From Lingula anatina (taxonomy: Eukaryota; Animalia; Brachiopoda): DNA of 64,000 nucleotides. Below the pieces are notes generated by a model. It was not told the origin of the DNA. It saw only the letters and a list, made by a program, of their open reading frames with translations, and made no database searches. This document shows, one piece after another, positions 42,379 to 56,056 of this stretch. Location of the stretch: positions 25,854,001 to 25,918,000 of the forward strand of contig CM120642.1 in NCBI GenBank assembly GCA_051362555.1, in the 5' to 3' direction. Positions within the stretch are counted from its first letter, which is position 1. Each line of letters begins with the position of its first letter. The translations under genes were made by a program, and so were the position numbers.

Positions 42379-43508
42379 ATCCTCTGTGCATTTTTATTGT
42401 TTTCCATTTGTTTTATGCTATCCCCTTACCTGACTGTTTACAGGACAGTTTTGAGAAATAACTAGGCAATTGCTTTACATGTCAAAACACCCATTTGTTA
42501 CTGTGACTTAAAAAAATCATTTGAATAAAGTTGAATAAAGACAATTTTCAAGTAGTTAATGTGTACATACACAATGAAGAGTGTACAGTTATGTTTCTTT
42601 CCTTTTATTTGACAGTTTTTTCAAATTAGACTGGTTTTACTAGCATGTCTGAGAGAGCTTGGAGAAGTTTTGGAGAAAGGTCGATCAGGGTTCAATGTAC
42701 AACTTTTTTAACTCACAGAATGCTCCTTAAGTAGATACCAGAGGCCCAAGGACTTTGAGAAACTGAAAAAATACCTGCATCACAATTAAAACAATTAACA
42801 AAACCATCCCATACATCTCGCAGCACCACAGACATTAAAACATTGTTCGTCTTGCATACAACTCAAAATTGCACATTAATTCACAAAATTGCATCTTATT
42901 TACAGGATGTAAGATGTACAAAATCAAATACTGTAAAAAATCTAGAAGCCCTGTACATAATTTACAATAAATTTATAACCCTTAAATTACCTTTTCAATT
43001 ATAAGGGTATTCATAAGGGCACTGATAGTAGAGTTCACCTATTCTCTAACAAAAAGAAGGATATTTTCTGTCAAATAACTCAAAATTTTGCACAATTTTT
43101 TCTAACTAACAACACTTTCTATCTTATTTCACTGAATAATCACTTTTTCTGTTACTATTGTTGTATGAAAAAATTCTGAATTCTGCCAAATCTACTTGCA
43201 GTACATAAATATGTTGCTGGGAATACATCAACCATGTTCTCTAACAGCCTATGACGAATGGTGAAAATATTTTGATTAATTTTCTTAGTTCAATATATCT
43301 CTCCATCAAATATCATGCTTAATCTAAATAGGGTCTGAGTCTTGAAGGTTCTTTTCTTAAACTCTTGATTTCTTCTTCCATTACTATGCACTAGATCATT
43401 AATTATTTTTTTCTTTAACCCCTGTTGTCAGACCAGCCCTATCTTATGGTTACTGGTCGTTACATCTGGGCCAATGGTCATTTGTCCAGCACGCTTTGTT
43501 CTTCATTT
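38199..43508. other. Convergent 3' UTR / terminator region of TDRD3 and CRAMP1
   Basis: The + strand is T-rich to about 41.1 kb and A-rich after it. AATAAA on + near 40154, 40515 and 40823; AATAAA on - at 41237-41242. True 3' ends cannot be fixed without transcripts. Confidence 0.55.
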
Positions 43509-46500
43509 CTATGTACTTGCTTGTCTGGGTTCTCCTTTCTTAGGAGTTTCTGGCTGTGCACTCACTTGAGCCGCTAGTTCAGCAAACTTGGCCATGTAGT
43601 CAAGACTATTCTCATTCATCAGGGCACTGATAGTAGAGTCCACCTATTCAATAACCAAAAAAAAAAAGTTAGGAGGTTAAACATTACATCCCAATACCAT
43701 CATCTCACTTATTTGTTGTAAACACAGAAACACTGCACCATTTACCATTCCATCATAACAAAATCTTGTTAAATTCTGTCACAATTTTTCCCTTAATTTA
43801 TTAATTACGTTTTAACTTCTATGTCAAAACATCTGTTTGTGATTTGATATAACACTTTTCTTCACTTTAAACCAGCTAAAAAATTCAATCAATCAATAAA
43901 TAAATCAGTCTTACATCAAATCTTGAAGCAATGGAATCTCTGCTGCATTCATTAAATAATGGGGTAGTTGGAATCACTGAACTGGTTAAGGAGACGTCCT
44001 TCTTCAAGGGGGACTCTAACAGACTGCCAAGGGATATGTCACCCATCTAAAAAAAAATTATCAGTATGAAGTACTACCTGTTTATGAACTGATCAGGTAA
44101 CCAAGACAATCAATTTTAATCAAATTGGCAATTATTATTAAAGACATTGAAATTTTTGTCATATTGCCAACAATCTATATCCTTTGAGATCAAGTTAGAT
44201 TATGCAATTTTTTTAGCATTTTCTGAAAGTAGTTCGCATGACATTTATATTTTCAGGTAAACCAACATAATTTTTTTTATCACTGTGTGGGAAATGACGC
44301 ATTTCATTACAAAAAAATCCCTTTTACTTATTATTAAAAAAAACATACTTCTCCATTGAACCACTTCTCTGGGGAACTAAGCCCCTGAAAACCCAGGGTT
44401 GTACTGCTCATGGGGGGAGTGCTTGGTCGCTCTGAAAAGTTAGAAATGAAGGTATATACTGCTGGGTTCTGATTTCATGAAAAATGTGATATCATGTTTC
44501 AAAATTTTCACGTCAAACTCATTTGTTTAATATATGTGCTTAACTATGCTGGTTTATTCAATGCACTTTATATTCTTAAAATTCTGATAAATAATAAAGA
44601 CTTGCTAAATTATGTCATTGACTGATCTGATGATGTCCTTGATTACTTAATGATGTTAAAGTAGGCAACTAAACACAGTACTTACCTAAGACATTCTCCA
44701 GAGCAAAGTCAATGAGCTTATCTGCAGACTCTGATACTGCAACTGAAAAATCAAGGAAATAACTTTTACAGCTAAGCAATAACTATAATCCCATTTTCTA
44801 TCTGGTGAAAATCAAGAATTGCATGAGTGGTGGTTATGTCATCAACTTGAGTTGCTTTCAAGCAATGAAAAATTACACAACTTGAAACTAAACAATTTTT
44901 GAGAAAGAGTATGAAAGCAAAGAATCGGGCACAGGCATGCTGTGGGAAATTTAAATAAGTAAATAACAGTGTAACTAAGCAATTGATAGTATACACAAAC
45001 AAACACACACTCAAAAAATCCACCTGAAGAACAGACCTCACAAAACGACTATCCAATCAAAACTGAAGACTCATGACCAAACACAGCAAAATAACAGAGG
45101 GCAAAAAAACTGGAAACATTTCCTACAAAATGAACACTATGTGGCAGCACTCACCAGGAGGAGCCTCAGGCAGTGATATGTCCAGAAATGATGACATATT
45201 TGGCGGGGATGTAAAGTTTGATGTATTCCCTCTGGCAGGCACATTGTCACTGAGTCCAAACTCGTTGAGAGGCGCCATGGTACTGGAGCTGGTGACAGTG
45301 GTGGTGACAGAAGTGGTGGTAGGTGTCTGAAGTATAGCAAGATTCTATTAATTATCACTGCGCCATATTTATACATATGCCTGGATATTTAAAACGTAAA
45401 TCTTTCCTCAAATGAGTCTAAGAAGATAACTCATAATTTAAACAAAAAAATTTTGCATGATAAAAAACTGACACACTTTCATATCTTACATGTCCCAAAA
45501 TAATTTTAACAGGTGTATAAAAAAATATGCACAACACTTAAAATTTGACCTTCTGTAATTTTGTCACTATAATTCAAAGAAATTCACAAAATTCTGATAA
45601 ATAATATTGTTTCTGGCACTCTTTAAGTTTTTATTCTGTACCCTTTATAGCTGCAATGCCAAATTCAACACAGAGACCATTCCAACAAGTAGGATACGGT
45701 GAAATTCCATATAATTACATTGGATAATATCTGCATTTTCAAAATGTTAAGTTTCTTTTTTTTTTTCATTTAACTTACCTGAGTGATCTCCAACATCTTA
45801 ACAATTATCAACTTACCTGAGTGATCCCCAGCATATAAGCAATTACCAAAATAAAAAGTTTTCATTTTTCATACAACTTACCTGAGTGATCCCCAGCATA
45901 TTAGCCAGGACAGGTGAGCTAGCAGCCTGTATCCCAGACACTCCAGATAACATAGGTGAAGGAGCCAGGTCAGAACTTGATATGGGCCCGGGTGAGTTAC
46001 TGCTACCCTGGATTACAGCCATGGGAGACTCTGAAAATGACAGAAAAAGTCCATGTTTTAATGTGTGTTTATGTGAAGATGGAATTCTTTGAAGATATCA
46101 TTAAAAATGATGATTTGTCTTATTTTCTTCCCTTAATTGAATAAATTCTGGAGGTCCTAAATATCAGCAGTGGAAAAATCATAGCATTACACCTGTCATA
46201 AGCCTATTGCAAAATCATTTTTGGTGGAAGATTTGAATTAAGTCATAGATATCTCAGAAATAATTCCATGTCTAATACAAATTGACTAAAAAGTAATTAT
46301 TATATATCTCCCTTTTTCAGTTCTTGCATAAAAACAGTAATGATGCCAAGGTTTTTTAATGACCTACCTGCTCTGACGTGTAGCAGAGTGGAACTGCCTG
46401 GAAGAGCCTGCACAGTGAGTGGAGACAGGGACGCAGATCCTGCAATATTACAGATAAAGATATAATGATATACAGGATACAAATCATGTTTGAGCATGGA

Positions 46501-49500
46501 CCCATTTTAAAAAAGATCAATATCTATCAGAGTCAAGCATGCACTTCATGTAAAATTGTAAATTAAAACTTGCTCCACCCATATCGTTGCAACTGAACTA
46601 AGTCTATATCAATACCTTGCACTAAAGGAGCAGGTGCTATCTTCCTATATCCCTGACCTAGGCTACTGTCTGTGGTCATCTGGCCCTGGGCACTGTCCGA
46701 GGTGACCAGCTGTGTGCCCTGCTGACCCCCAACTATGGTCTGGACAGTGGTCACTGCACTGGGGAAAATACTGACCAGTGGCTGGGAACTGACCACAGCC
46801 TGCACTTGGGCCACCAACTGTTGAGACTGGCCATCAATGACAGATTGTCCATCTAAAACTGACCCACTGCCAGGATGAAGAACTGACCCACCGCTGCCAC
46901 CAGTGGTGATATTTTGATTTGCTAACTGTTGCTGCTGAATGATAGGGATAAAAGAGCCTGATGGGACGGCGCCTGTTGAGAGCTGTGAGGGTGATCCGTG
47001 TATCACAGGCAGGCCCATGATGTGACGTGTTGGCACTGTGGCCTTGGGAAGAAGGGTTCGCTGGACCACCATTGGCTTCCGCACCATCCTGCTTCGCATT
47101 TTGTTCTTTTGTGAGAAAAGGTCTTGTCTCTGTTAAAAAAAGATCATATAAACCCTTATCACTCTTTTTTACTTATCAAATGCTTTTAATTGAAGTCATC
47201 TGTGCTTGTATCTTTATTTTAATGTAACTTGATGTAACTAGTATTATCATCATTCAATGCTTAACAAGAAATATTCTATTCGCAAATATTCACCACATCA
47301 TTGACTTTCTTAAACACATAATGATGAACATCAGAAGTTTGTCACAAATACAATGCTTAGTAAAAATCATATTTGTCACATTTCTTTGTAATCGGACGAA
47401 GCTGGAAAGACACACATGCAATACATTTATAAAAATCATTCCAAAATCATTCATGCCTTTGTTCACTCAGATAACTCATACTCACAGAGAGCCTGCTGAG
47501 CTGTTCCATGAAGTTCCTGGCTTCTGCCTGTGTGTTCTGAGTATGTATCAACTGTGCTTCAGTCACTTTTATGTGGTTCTTCTGGTGGCTCTGGGACTTG
47601 GGGGCAGGGAAATCTGCTGGTTTTCTGAACACGGAGTCATCTTCTTTGTTCTTGTCACTGACATCTGCTGCCTTGTCACCTCCGCTTTGTGTCCGCCTCT
47701 GAAAATTTGATTTCTTGAAGTGAGCATGAAGCTATCCTGAATTTCATACACATAAACCAGGGATGAGATATTTCGTAACAACAAAATCATCCAAAAAGTC
47801 AGAAATCTGCTAATAAGCAAAAAATGTCATACCTGATAAACTACTAAAATTCCTTCAAAAAAGTGACCAAGTTTATATTTCAGACACTAAAGATGGATGC
47901 CACAGTACATTTATTTCCAAACCAAGAAAAAGTAGCAAAGTAAACAACTTTACTTTTCCTTTTGATAAAACATCTAAATATGTAAATATTAGCTGTGATG
48001 AGAAACTGCCGAAACCACATGAAAAGTAACAAAGCAAACTTCTTGATGTAGGAGATAAGGTTAATGCTTGGCAGATAGAAAGGACACAGCAGGCACAAAT
48101 GACATACCCTAGAAACAGGAGAGCTTCTTCCATCGGTATTCCTTCTTGATGTCTTGGGAGTGGATGGACTTTTTCCCATCTGTCCTCCTCTGACAGACGG
48201 ACTTCTGGTGCTGCCCCCAGGACTTCTGTTCTGACTTGAACGGTTTCTTGGTGACCCGCCAGTGTGAACATTGCCACAACATTTACACGGTGAAGAAGAG
48301 CCAGGCTAAAACAAGTAAAAGTCCAATAAGTTGTTTGAACATTATGCTCACAAGAAGAATTTGATAATATCCATCTATCCACCCTTTTCAAAATATAATA
48401 TGAGAAGTAGAAAATGAAGGTGGGCAAGGTGAAAAAAATCAGAATATATGAGGAAAAAACAGCGGAATTTTACTGAACTGAAAAGTTAGACTATCAAACT
48501 ACAGAACTATGCAAACTCTAGCATAGCAGATTTGCATCAGATGCAAAATATTTTCTGCCATTAGCCAATTCTATCATAAATCTAGTTCAAAGTGTTGATT
48601 AAGCTATAATCATCCAGCTATGTGACTAAATGGAATTTTAGCTTGGACTGAGTAAGATGATTTATGTTTAGCCCTGGGTTTCACCTGAAGCACTAATCAC
48701 CAGTTTAATGCCTACCTGTTTCGGCTTGGAGAAGTCTGTGAACTCTGACATTGCCAAATGCACCAGCCTCCTAAGCATATTCGACAGTGAGGCATTCTCT
48801 AGGTGTGGTGTCTCGTTAGGTTCCTCCCACTCATACTCCAGCACCAGTTTCTCTGGAGACCCAAGAATAAGGTGGATATGGGCTATGCTTAGGTTTTCTG
48901 CCTCCTGAAGAGTCCAGCCATTACGAAAACGCTCCACTTCCGACCTCCTTTGTTCTTCATTACTCTCATTAACAGTTTTCTTCTTCTGTTCTTCGTTATT
49001 CTCACTGGATGTTTTTTCTGTACTTTTATGAGTATTATTATCATTATTTGAACTATTATTGCACTGCAATGCCACGCTGGTTGCTGCATCTTCATCAGCT
49101 CTGTTGTAAACTAATAAATTGTTTCCGTGGGTGTTACTAAGGCAGCTAGTTTCCATAGTTACAGACTTGTCCTTTTCTGAAGCTCCCGATGTCTTGGGGT
49201 CCACTGATAATGGGGCATTTTTATTGTTATTGTTGATATGACCTTTGTCTGGCTGTTCTTTATCAACAGAACCTGCAGCCTGGGTTGCACTGTTAGAGTC
49301 ATCACTAAGAACATCGGCCGCCTGCCTTTTATTACCAGCTTTCTTTTTTTCGGTTTCTTGAGCTTCTTTATCTGAAATAAATACAACTCACACTAACATC
49401 TTTATCCTTTCAGTAATTTACTGAGTGAGGTTCAATTTTAATGACATAATCCAAATATCATAAAGTAGCAATACGGTAACTCACCTAAGATATGCTGCTT

Positions 49501-52160
49501 GTAGTTTTCGAAGCCCAGATCTAATTTGTTCTGTGGTGTGGGTTTCAGTGTGACTGGGGCAAGATGCTGTGCTTCTAGGCTTGGATATATCCTCAGTCTA
49601 GGCTCAGGCTCATCATACACCTTAAAACTCTCTTTCTGAAGGTGCTGTTAAGGAATTTAATACCAGTAGGACTGAAGGTCTTCCATGTAGAGAACACCTT
49701 AAGGGTATACTATTAGCAATAGAAAATGCCCAAAATGGACCATCTTTACGTTCTAGGAATCCTATTAAGAAAGCTACCTATTTTTCACAATGCAACTCGT
49801 AAATACAACTGAACCCTTCATACTTAAGTTCCTGATGTTGAAATTTCCTTCTGAAATGAACAGAAAAACAGGGTGGTCCAAGGGACTGACCTGCAGGAAC
49901 AGGTCAAACAATGATTCATGGGTAGCAGAAAATTGCTTTATTTTCGAGGAAAATTCAATTTGGTAGGAATATCACTAATATCACAGATATATTACCTTTA
50001 ATGGTCTTAGTATTGCATATCTGATTTGTTTCATTGTATACCTTTATTGTCTTTTTATGATATTTTTGATAAATCCCAAACTTTTCCTTCATTTAAAAGA
50101 ATGCTGGTATATATTATGTTCTTTTAGATTATGTGATTGGCTTTGGTTGAAATAACTTAATTGCAACATTCACTTTTTTTGTATGAGAATATTTTGAGTC
50201 TAGACCAATAACTGAAATTCCTGAAAACTGAACAAATAAAAACTCCAAAGATAATGCACAGTGTACATTTTTCAGGACATGTTACCAAGGATACAAGTAG
50301 CTGCCTCTGTGGTTTCCACTTCTTCTGGAGGTATTCAATAATACTCCCCAGTCTCCTCTCCAATTTTACTGTCATTCTTATCCTTGGGTTCTGGGCTTGT
50401 GACTGGACATGGGCATAGGCTGCATTGCTCCTTGGTTGCAACTCCAAGACACATCTTTCTGGGACTTTTGGTGGCTCTTCATCTCTGGTCTCTGAATGAA
50501 GGAAAACATGTTCAAATCACAGCTAGCAAAGTCTCACAATAACTGAAGACAATGACACCCCCCCTCCCCTTACACCTCTCCCCTGGGCCCTTAAAAATAA
50601 AAATGTAAACAAAAAATAATTTTAGTCCACTTTTCATTCCTTTCTATGCAATGCATATTTCATAAGACTAAACTCTTTTTTAAACTTAGCTCAAACCTGG
50701 CAACTCTTACTTAGAAACACAATATTAGGGGCGGATTGAGACCGTCTTCTGGGGCTTCTGGAAGACAGTCAGATTTTCAAGTTTACATTGACGTGTATCT
50801 TATTTTTTTCTGTCGGAAGACGGTCAAAAATAGAGGATGGATTAACAAAGATAATTTGGAAGACGGTCAGAAAATAGCTCTGGATCCACCCCTGCAATAT
50901 AATACTTAGATACCTACCTTCCTCCACATTATTCAATTTTTTCAATGCTTTACACACTGGAGTCTTCAATCTGAAAGACAAACCACAATGCATCAACATA
51001 ACTATCTATTATAAATTATCTCTTAACCAGCAGATCTTACAGAAAGCTAACACTCCAACTTCAATGTGCCAAATTCGAGACAGATGTTTTTGTTACATTT
51101 TTATCTGTTTTCTTTACCTTAATTTTAAAGGTCTGTTTATTTTGAACTTAATTCAATCTCAATGTAAATCTTTTTTTTAAATAAAATTCCTATTGGAACT
51201 CATTTATCTCTAACACTTCAACCCTTTGGTTGCAATGATTTAAATCAACTTATTACTGCTTTATTAAGTTGCCACTATTTGCGCAAACCAAGGGTAGGAC
51301 AACAGAGGAATTAATCTGGCCATCTTTGGTAGGAGTTTGTAATCACAAGGTCTCCCAGTGAAAATACATATTAGTACTTAGTTAAGCTGTTTCAACTAGA
51401 CTGAAAACGCCATCTTGACTTTATATCACTACAGCATGGCATGAGGTTTACCTGAAAGTTTTGCCCTTCACCTTCACACACGTTGTGCTGAAATAAAAAA
51501 AAATCAACAACATAAAACCTGCTCTAACAAAAACTAAGCCTAAAATTGTTTTTATATATAAATGTTCTATTTTTTTATACACAATGGACGAAAAAATTAT
51601 AATTTCCAAAAATCTTGTATAAATTTTTACAACTCTCTGCATACATAAACTTGCACTATTTGTAAATTATTTCCACTCACCCCTTATGTATCAGCTCTGT
51701 CAGCTTTTGACCATTCTTCTCAGATAGAGCTGAAATGAGATTTTAAAAAGTATTTAATTTTTGTTTTACAATATGACATCCTTTCAGTAAAACATTTTAT
51801 ATTTAATTGATGTGGAATGTTCTTTTCCAACAAATAAGAGGAAAACGGAAATCAAGACAGATCAGGCTCAGGATATGCATAACATTAAAAATTTAAGGAT
51901 TAAGGAAACTTAAGGATTTTAACTCAGATAAGTAAGACACGGATCTTATATATGGCCTACCTCCTCCAATTCTCTTTCTTAGCTCCCCATAGTTAACTAA
52001 CCCATACAACTCTTGTGTTGCTTTTTTTACTTCTGCAAATAGAAAAATGATTATTTCATAAAATATCGCATTTCTTGGTTCCTCTATAAATGCAATTTTT
52101 AAATTGAAAAGTATGGATTCCTTTTCTTTCCTTCTATTACTCTACTTTTTAAACTTTTAA

Positions 52161-52209
<49 letters not shown>

Positions 52210-54849
52210 CACATGCATGCCTGTACACATAGAGGGCAGGGAGTAGAGAAGAAATCTACTTCCAACTTTCAAAAATTTTAAGACTGCTTTCATTTCACTA
52301 CCTAAATATATCACTTTACCTAGAGATAACTTACTGAACACGTATCTTTAACATTTTAATATGAAAAATAATTATGAATGTCTGGTGAAAATCATGAGAC
52401 TCAAATTTATAAGCTGACATAAACTTACCATCTCCAATATGAACATATTTAGAAATTTTATGCCATGTTCTGTAGTAGAAATGACGGACTTGTTCCTTAT
52501 TCTTGATGAGATGGACAGGATCACCTTTGCGCTTGTGTTTCAAGGTGATCAGGTTCTGGATGGCGTCAAAATCTTTACCATACTGAAAATAATAATGAAG
52601 AAATGTCAAGACTATAATTCAAATGAAGTGTTGTTGACGTTTCTTTCATTTATCTAAATATTTGCCATAATTTAATAAAGCTCTTCTAAAATTAACTTAA
52701 ACTTACTTAAGCATACTACATTTAAGTTGTTCTGTCATTTATTACCCACACATATTATAAAAAAAAAGAGAGATAGAAATGAATGAATATAATTTACATC
52801 ACATTACTAATGTAAAAAATTCCAACCAAAAAACAACAAATATTTATATGTTTAAATCATCTGTATAGGTTTGAAGTATATTCCAGCTGCACTGCAGCTG
52901 TAGTGGATATTTCACCATTAACCTTCATATAAAAAGTTTCAGTCTAAATTTCTGACACATACCTGAGATGAGTTAGACTGTGAAATATTTATTTAAGGTC
53001 TGGGTAGTTTTTCTTTTTCTTTCCTTTCTAAAGGAAGTACTTAAGATAAGAAATATACACAAAGGGTTTTAATAGAAAGGCCCACTTCTTTTTTTTTATA
53101 TATCATTTCAAACTAAGACAATATTACAGGAAAAAGGTTATTTGTGTGGAATAATTTGAAAAATCATCATACCTCATATAAACCTTCAAAGAAAGTGTCT
53201 TTATCCTCAAGAGTCCAGCCTTCCCAGGGACGTCTGGTTTTTGCATCTGGGGTGTTGGTCTTTGGTTCTTTAGCTAAAAATAAACATATTTTCAAAATAT
53301 GTAATGAAAGTTTTTATGTATCCAGAACTTAGTATGATTTATACTCATCGGCTGATAGACTACAGTTTACCTGATAAACTGAATTGAAAAATAGTATCTG
53401 ACATTCAAGATAACTTAAGTAGAAAAAATAATTTTCCCCATATCATAAAAATAAGCATTTCTTGGAACTACAAATCCTACAAATTACTCTCAAAGGGGTT
53501 AATTTAAACAAGTAACAAACAGTTCTCAAATATCATAAATAAACTGCCTCACTTTAAAATTCCTAGTATCAATATTATCAACCAACCACATGTAAAAACA
53601 ACAATTATTCACAACAGTTGTCAAAATTCAGACCATTGACAACATCCATTATGGTTTAATTTAACAACAAAAAAAACAAGTTCAAAAAGGGCACATGCCC
53701 TAACAAAAATATTTGAAAAGATAGTCAGGTGTCTGAAAGGTCTCCATTTTCCTTTTGGAAAAAAAACATAGGTATTCAAATTACACAATAGTAACAGTAC
53801 TTAATAAAGTTCGGATCACAGCTGCACAAGACCTTGGAACTTGTGAATTATATTCTTTTAATGGTGCCTTTCTGTATTTTATCTACACCATGCTTAGTTA
53901 TATTTAAATGCATATCACAACCTCAAATTTGTACTTGGTGACATAATTGGGTTAAACCTACTGGTGGCATGGTCGTAGGTAGTATAGGGTGATACATTGA
54001 CATACATATGCGTATGTAAAACAACAATCAAAATCTTTAAAGATGTTAATAAAATTTGACACTTAAAGCAAACTGATCACTATTTGTACACAATATAATA
54101 CATTAAGCTTTATAAACGAGAAAGCAACATCCTCAACATGTATGACCGTCCTCTTCCTGTCACTCTACTAATAAGTTTACCGATAATTTTTTCATACCTG
54201 GCTTTTTGGGAGGTGAATTGGGTGGGCTGAAATCTTTCTTTGTTCGCTTTAAGGACCTAGTACTTGATCTGGTTGCGATTTGGTGAGAAGGAGCTTCTTC
54301 TGAAATCCCATTCTCTGGCTGAGACTCGGACAAACTACGACTTCGGTTTTGTGGATCCTGTGCATTATCCAGAAACTGGGTGGAATTGGACGTTTTTAGG
54401 CTTCTCGTTTCGTGCGCAACATTTTCTGAACCTACGGTCATTCTGTAAATCAAATATATAATTTGTTAATGAAAACTGTACACACATTTTATTTCTTTGT
54501 GATTTTATTCACACAACATTCTACAAAAATCTCTTGGAATCTATCTAATAATATGGGTCGCCATTTTGATTTTCACGACGCTCCAAGTTTTTCGGCACAT
54601 TTTGAATAATTTTCAGCGAACTACAGAAAATATATACAGCAAAAAGGTGTACTTGACCATAGGAGTATGTGCATTCTATAACTGCGAAAAAATAACTATC
54701 ATAAAATCTACTTTCACCGATTTGCATTGCTGAGAAAACTCAATCCGAAAATCAAAATGGCGGTATTTTTCAGCTGACAATATTTACCGTTCATCCAGCA
54801 CTTTTTTCCCTTCGTTTTCCCCCGATGTAGTTCTCCTTCGCTTAACCAT
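43509..54849 (-). CDS. CRAMP1: Cramped-like SANT/Myb-domain chromatin regulator, about 1166 aa
   Basis: Exons 54788-54849, 54198-54442, 53173-53273, 52429-52582, 51961-52032, 51681-51729, 51452-51487, 50918-50970, 50295-50491, 49485-49635, 48716-49371, 48108-48305, 47486-47698, 46616-47129, 46368-46439, 45882-46030, 45155-45326, 44686-44742, 44349-44431, 43915-44046, 43509-43643 (3501 nt, phases consistent). Motifs: RRPWEGWTLEDKDTFFEGLYEYGKDFDAIQ, KNKEQVRHFYYRTWHKI, QSQAQNPRIRM, LVLEYEW, RKPMVVQRTLLP, MNENSLDYMAKF. Confidence 0.93.
45772..45905. repeat. Three copies of a CRAMP1 exon-end/donor junction
   Basis: AACTTACCTGAGTGAT(C/T)... at 45772, 45810 and 45876 (the real donor). Confidence 0.88.
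49636..50294 (-). other. U12-type GT-AG intron in CRAMP1
   Basis: 5'ss GTATCCTTGG; branch site TTCCTTAAC (49647-49655) 11 nt before the exon; no polypyrimidine tract. Confidence 0.88.
50726..50894. mobile_element. MITE / non-autonomous DNA transposon in a CRAMP1 intron
   Basis: Imperfect TIR TAGGGGCGGATTGAGA vs reverse complement CAGGGGTGGATCCAGA; direct repeat CAATAT (50720-50725, 50895-50900); internal repeated motif GGAAGAC(G/A)GTCA. Confidence 0.8.
52165..52206. repeat. (GT)n microsatellite
   Basis: Directly visible. Confidence 0.95.
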
Positions 54850-55960
54850 TGATTAAATTCCACAAAAGAGTATCAATACATCTCACGGTTAATTGCAACA
54901 TCTACATTTTAACGATAAAGTATGCTCAACTTTTTCTACTTGTGTCCTTGTAGTACTACGTCAAGACCAAACAAGACGTAAGCTAACAAGGAAGAACGTG
55001 AGAAACATTTCTGTATCCATTTAAAGTTAAATATGATCTTTGTTCAATCAAATGATTCATACAAAAACAAAGCAGCAATGTCTATATGTAAATGAATTTT
55101 GATAATGTCAAATAATCAGGTTGTAAAGTTAGAAGAGAGAAAAGTTAACTACATATGTTTGTAATGGGAGAGGTCATGTGACCACAATTTTCTGAGATCC
55201 GTAGGCAAAGTGCTAAAAAACACCATAAAACTAAATAAAACCAAAATAAAAAATTTGTTTCCTGAGAACCGTTGGATATATTCGAACTCGCTCCCACAAC
55301 GACTGTTTTAACTTATTTATGAACAATACACCGATTTTATCATAAATACATGATTATAAAGTAGTTGACACCATTCACTGCCATGCAAAAACATCAATGT
55401 GTACAAGCAGTGGGAAAGAATGTCAGATATCAAAAGAATTTAATAAGTGAAATGTACAGCCGAGGTGCCTTCACAGCTATGACAGACACTGTTGTTTTAC
55501 CGCTGTTTCAAATACAGACAACAGTAGCTGTAAATTTCTGTTTCATAGGTTTCATAGGTTGCAAAGTGCGTTCGAATCAGGTTCAAAATAGGTCTGTTTT
55601 TAAACATGAAGTTTGATAAAATAGCAAGTCCCTGCAATTTGCAAGTATTACCGTTTAGTTGATGAGTAGATAAATTAGTTATCTGGCTCGTAATCAAACA
55701 TAAATATGTTAATCTCAGTTTTTTCATGACAAGTTAATCAATGTTTTTGTTCGCGGTCAAATACTATCATAAATATTATCGCAAAATTATCTCAAATATC
55801 AAAAATTTAAACGTAACAAGTATTAATAATGGACCGATAATATTCTTACCTCTTTAGTGAACACTCCAAACTAAAAATCTGGATCAAATTTGAAGGGGAA
55901 ACAGCCGATTTAATGCCTATACAGCTACATACTCTAAACAATAACCATGTTTGAGTAGGA

Positions 55961-56056
55961 TTTGGCGGGAGCGAGGTCGAGGAAATCCCCTTGTTCATTG
56001 GCTACCTTTGTCACGTGAAAGGGAACTCCTTTGACCTAATTTTTCAGGGGGTTTCC
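55961..56056. promoter_or_regulatory. Dense promoter-like motif cluster (E2F, NF-kB x3, CCAAT, E-box)
   Basis: TTTGGCGGGA 55961; GGAAATCCCC 55981; ATTGGCT 55997; GTCACGTGA 56010; GGGAACTCCT 56021; GGGGGTTTCC 56047. Confidence 0.55.

Noticed and set aside
54543-54564. AAAATGGCG as the CRAMP1 start codon
   Set aside because: Stops after 7 codons; the exon at 54788-54849 splices in frame instead.
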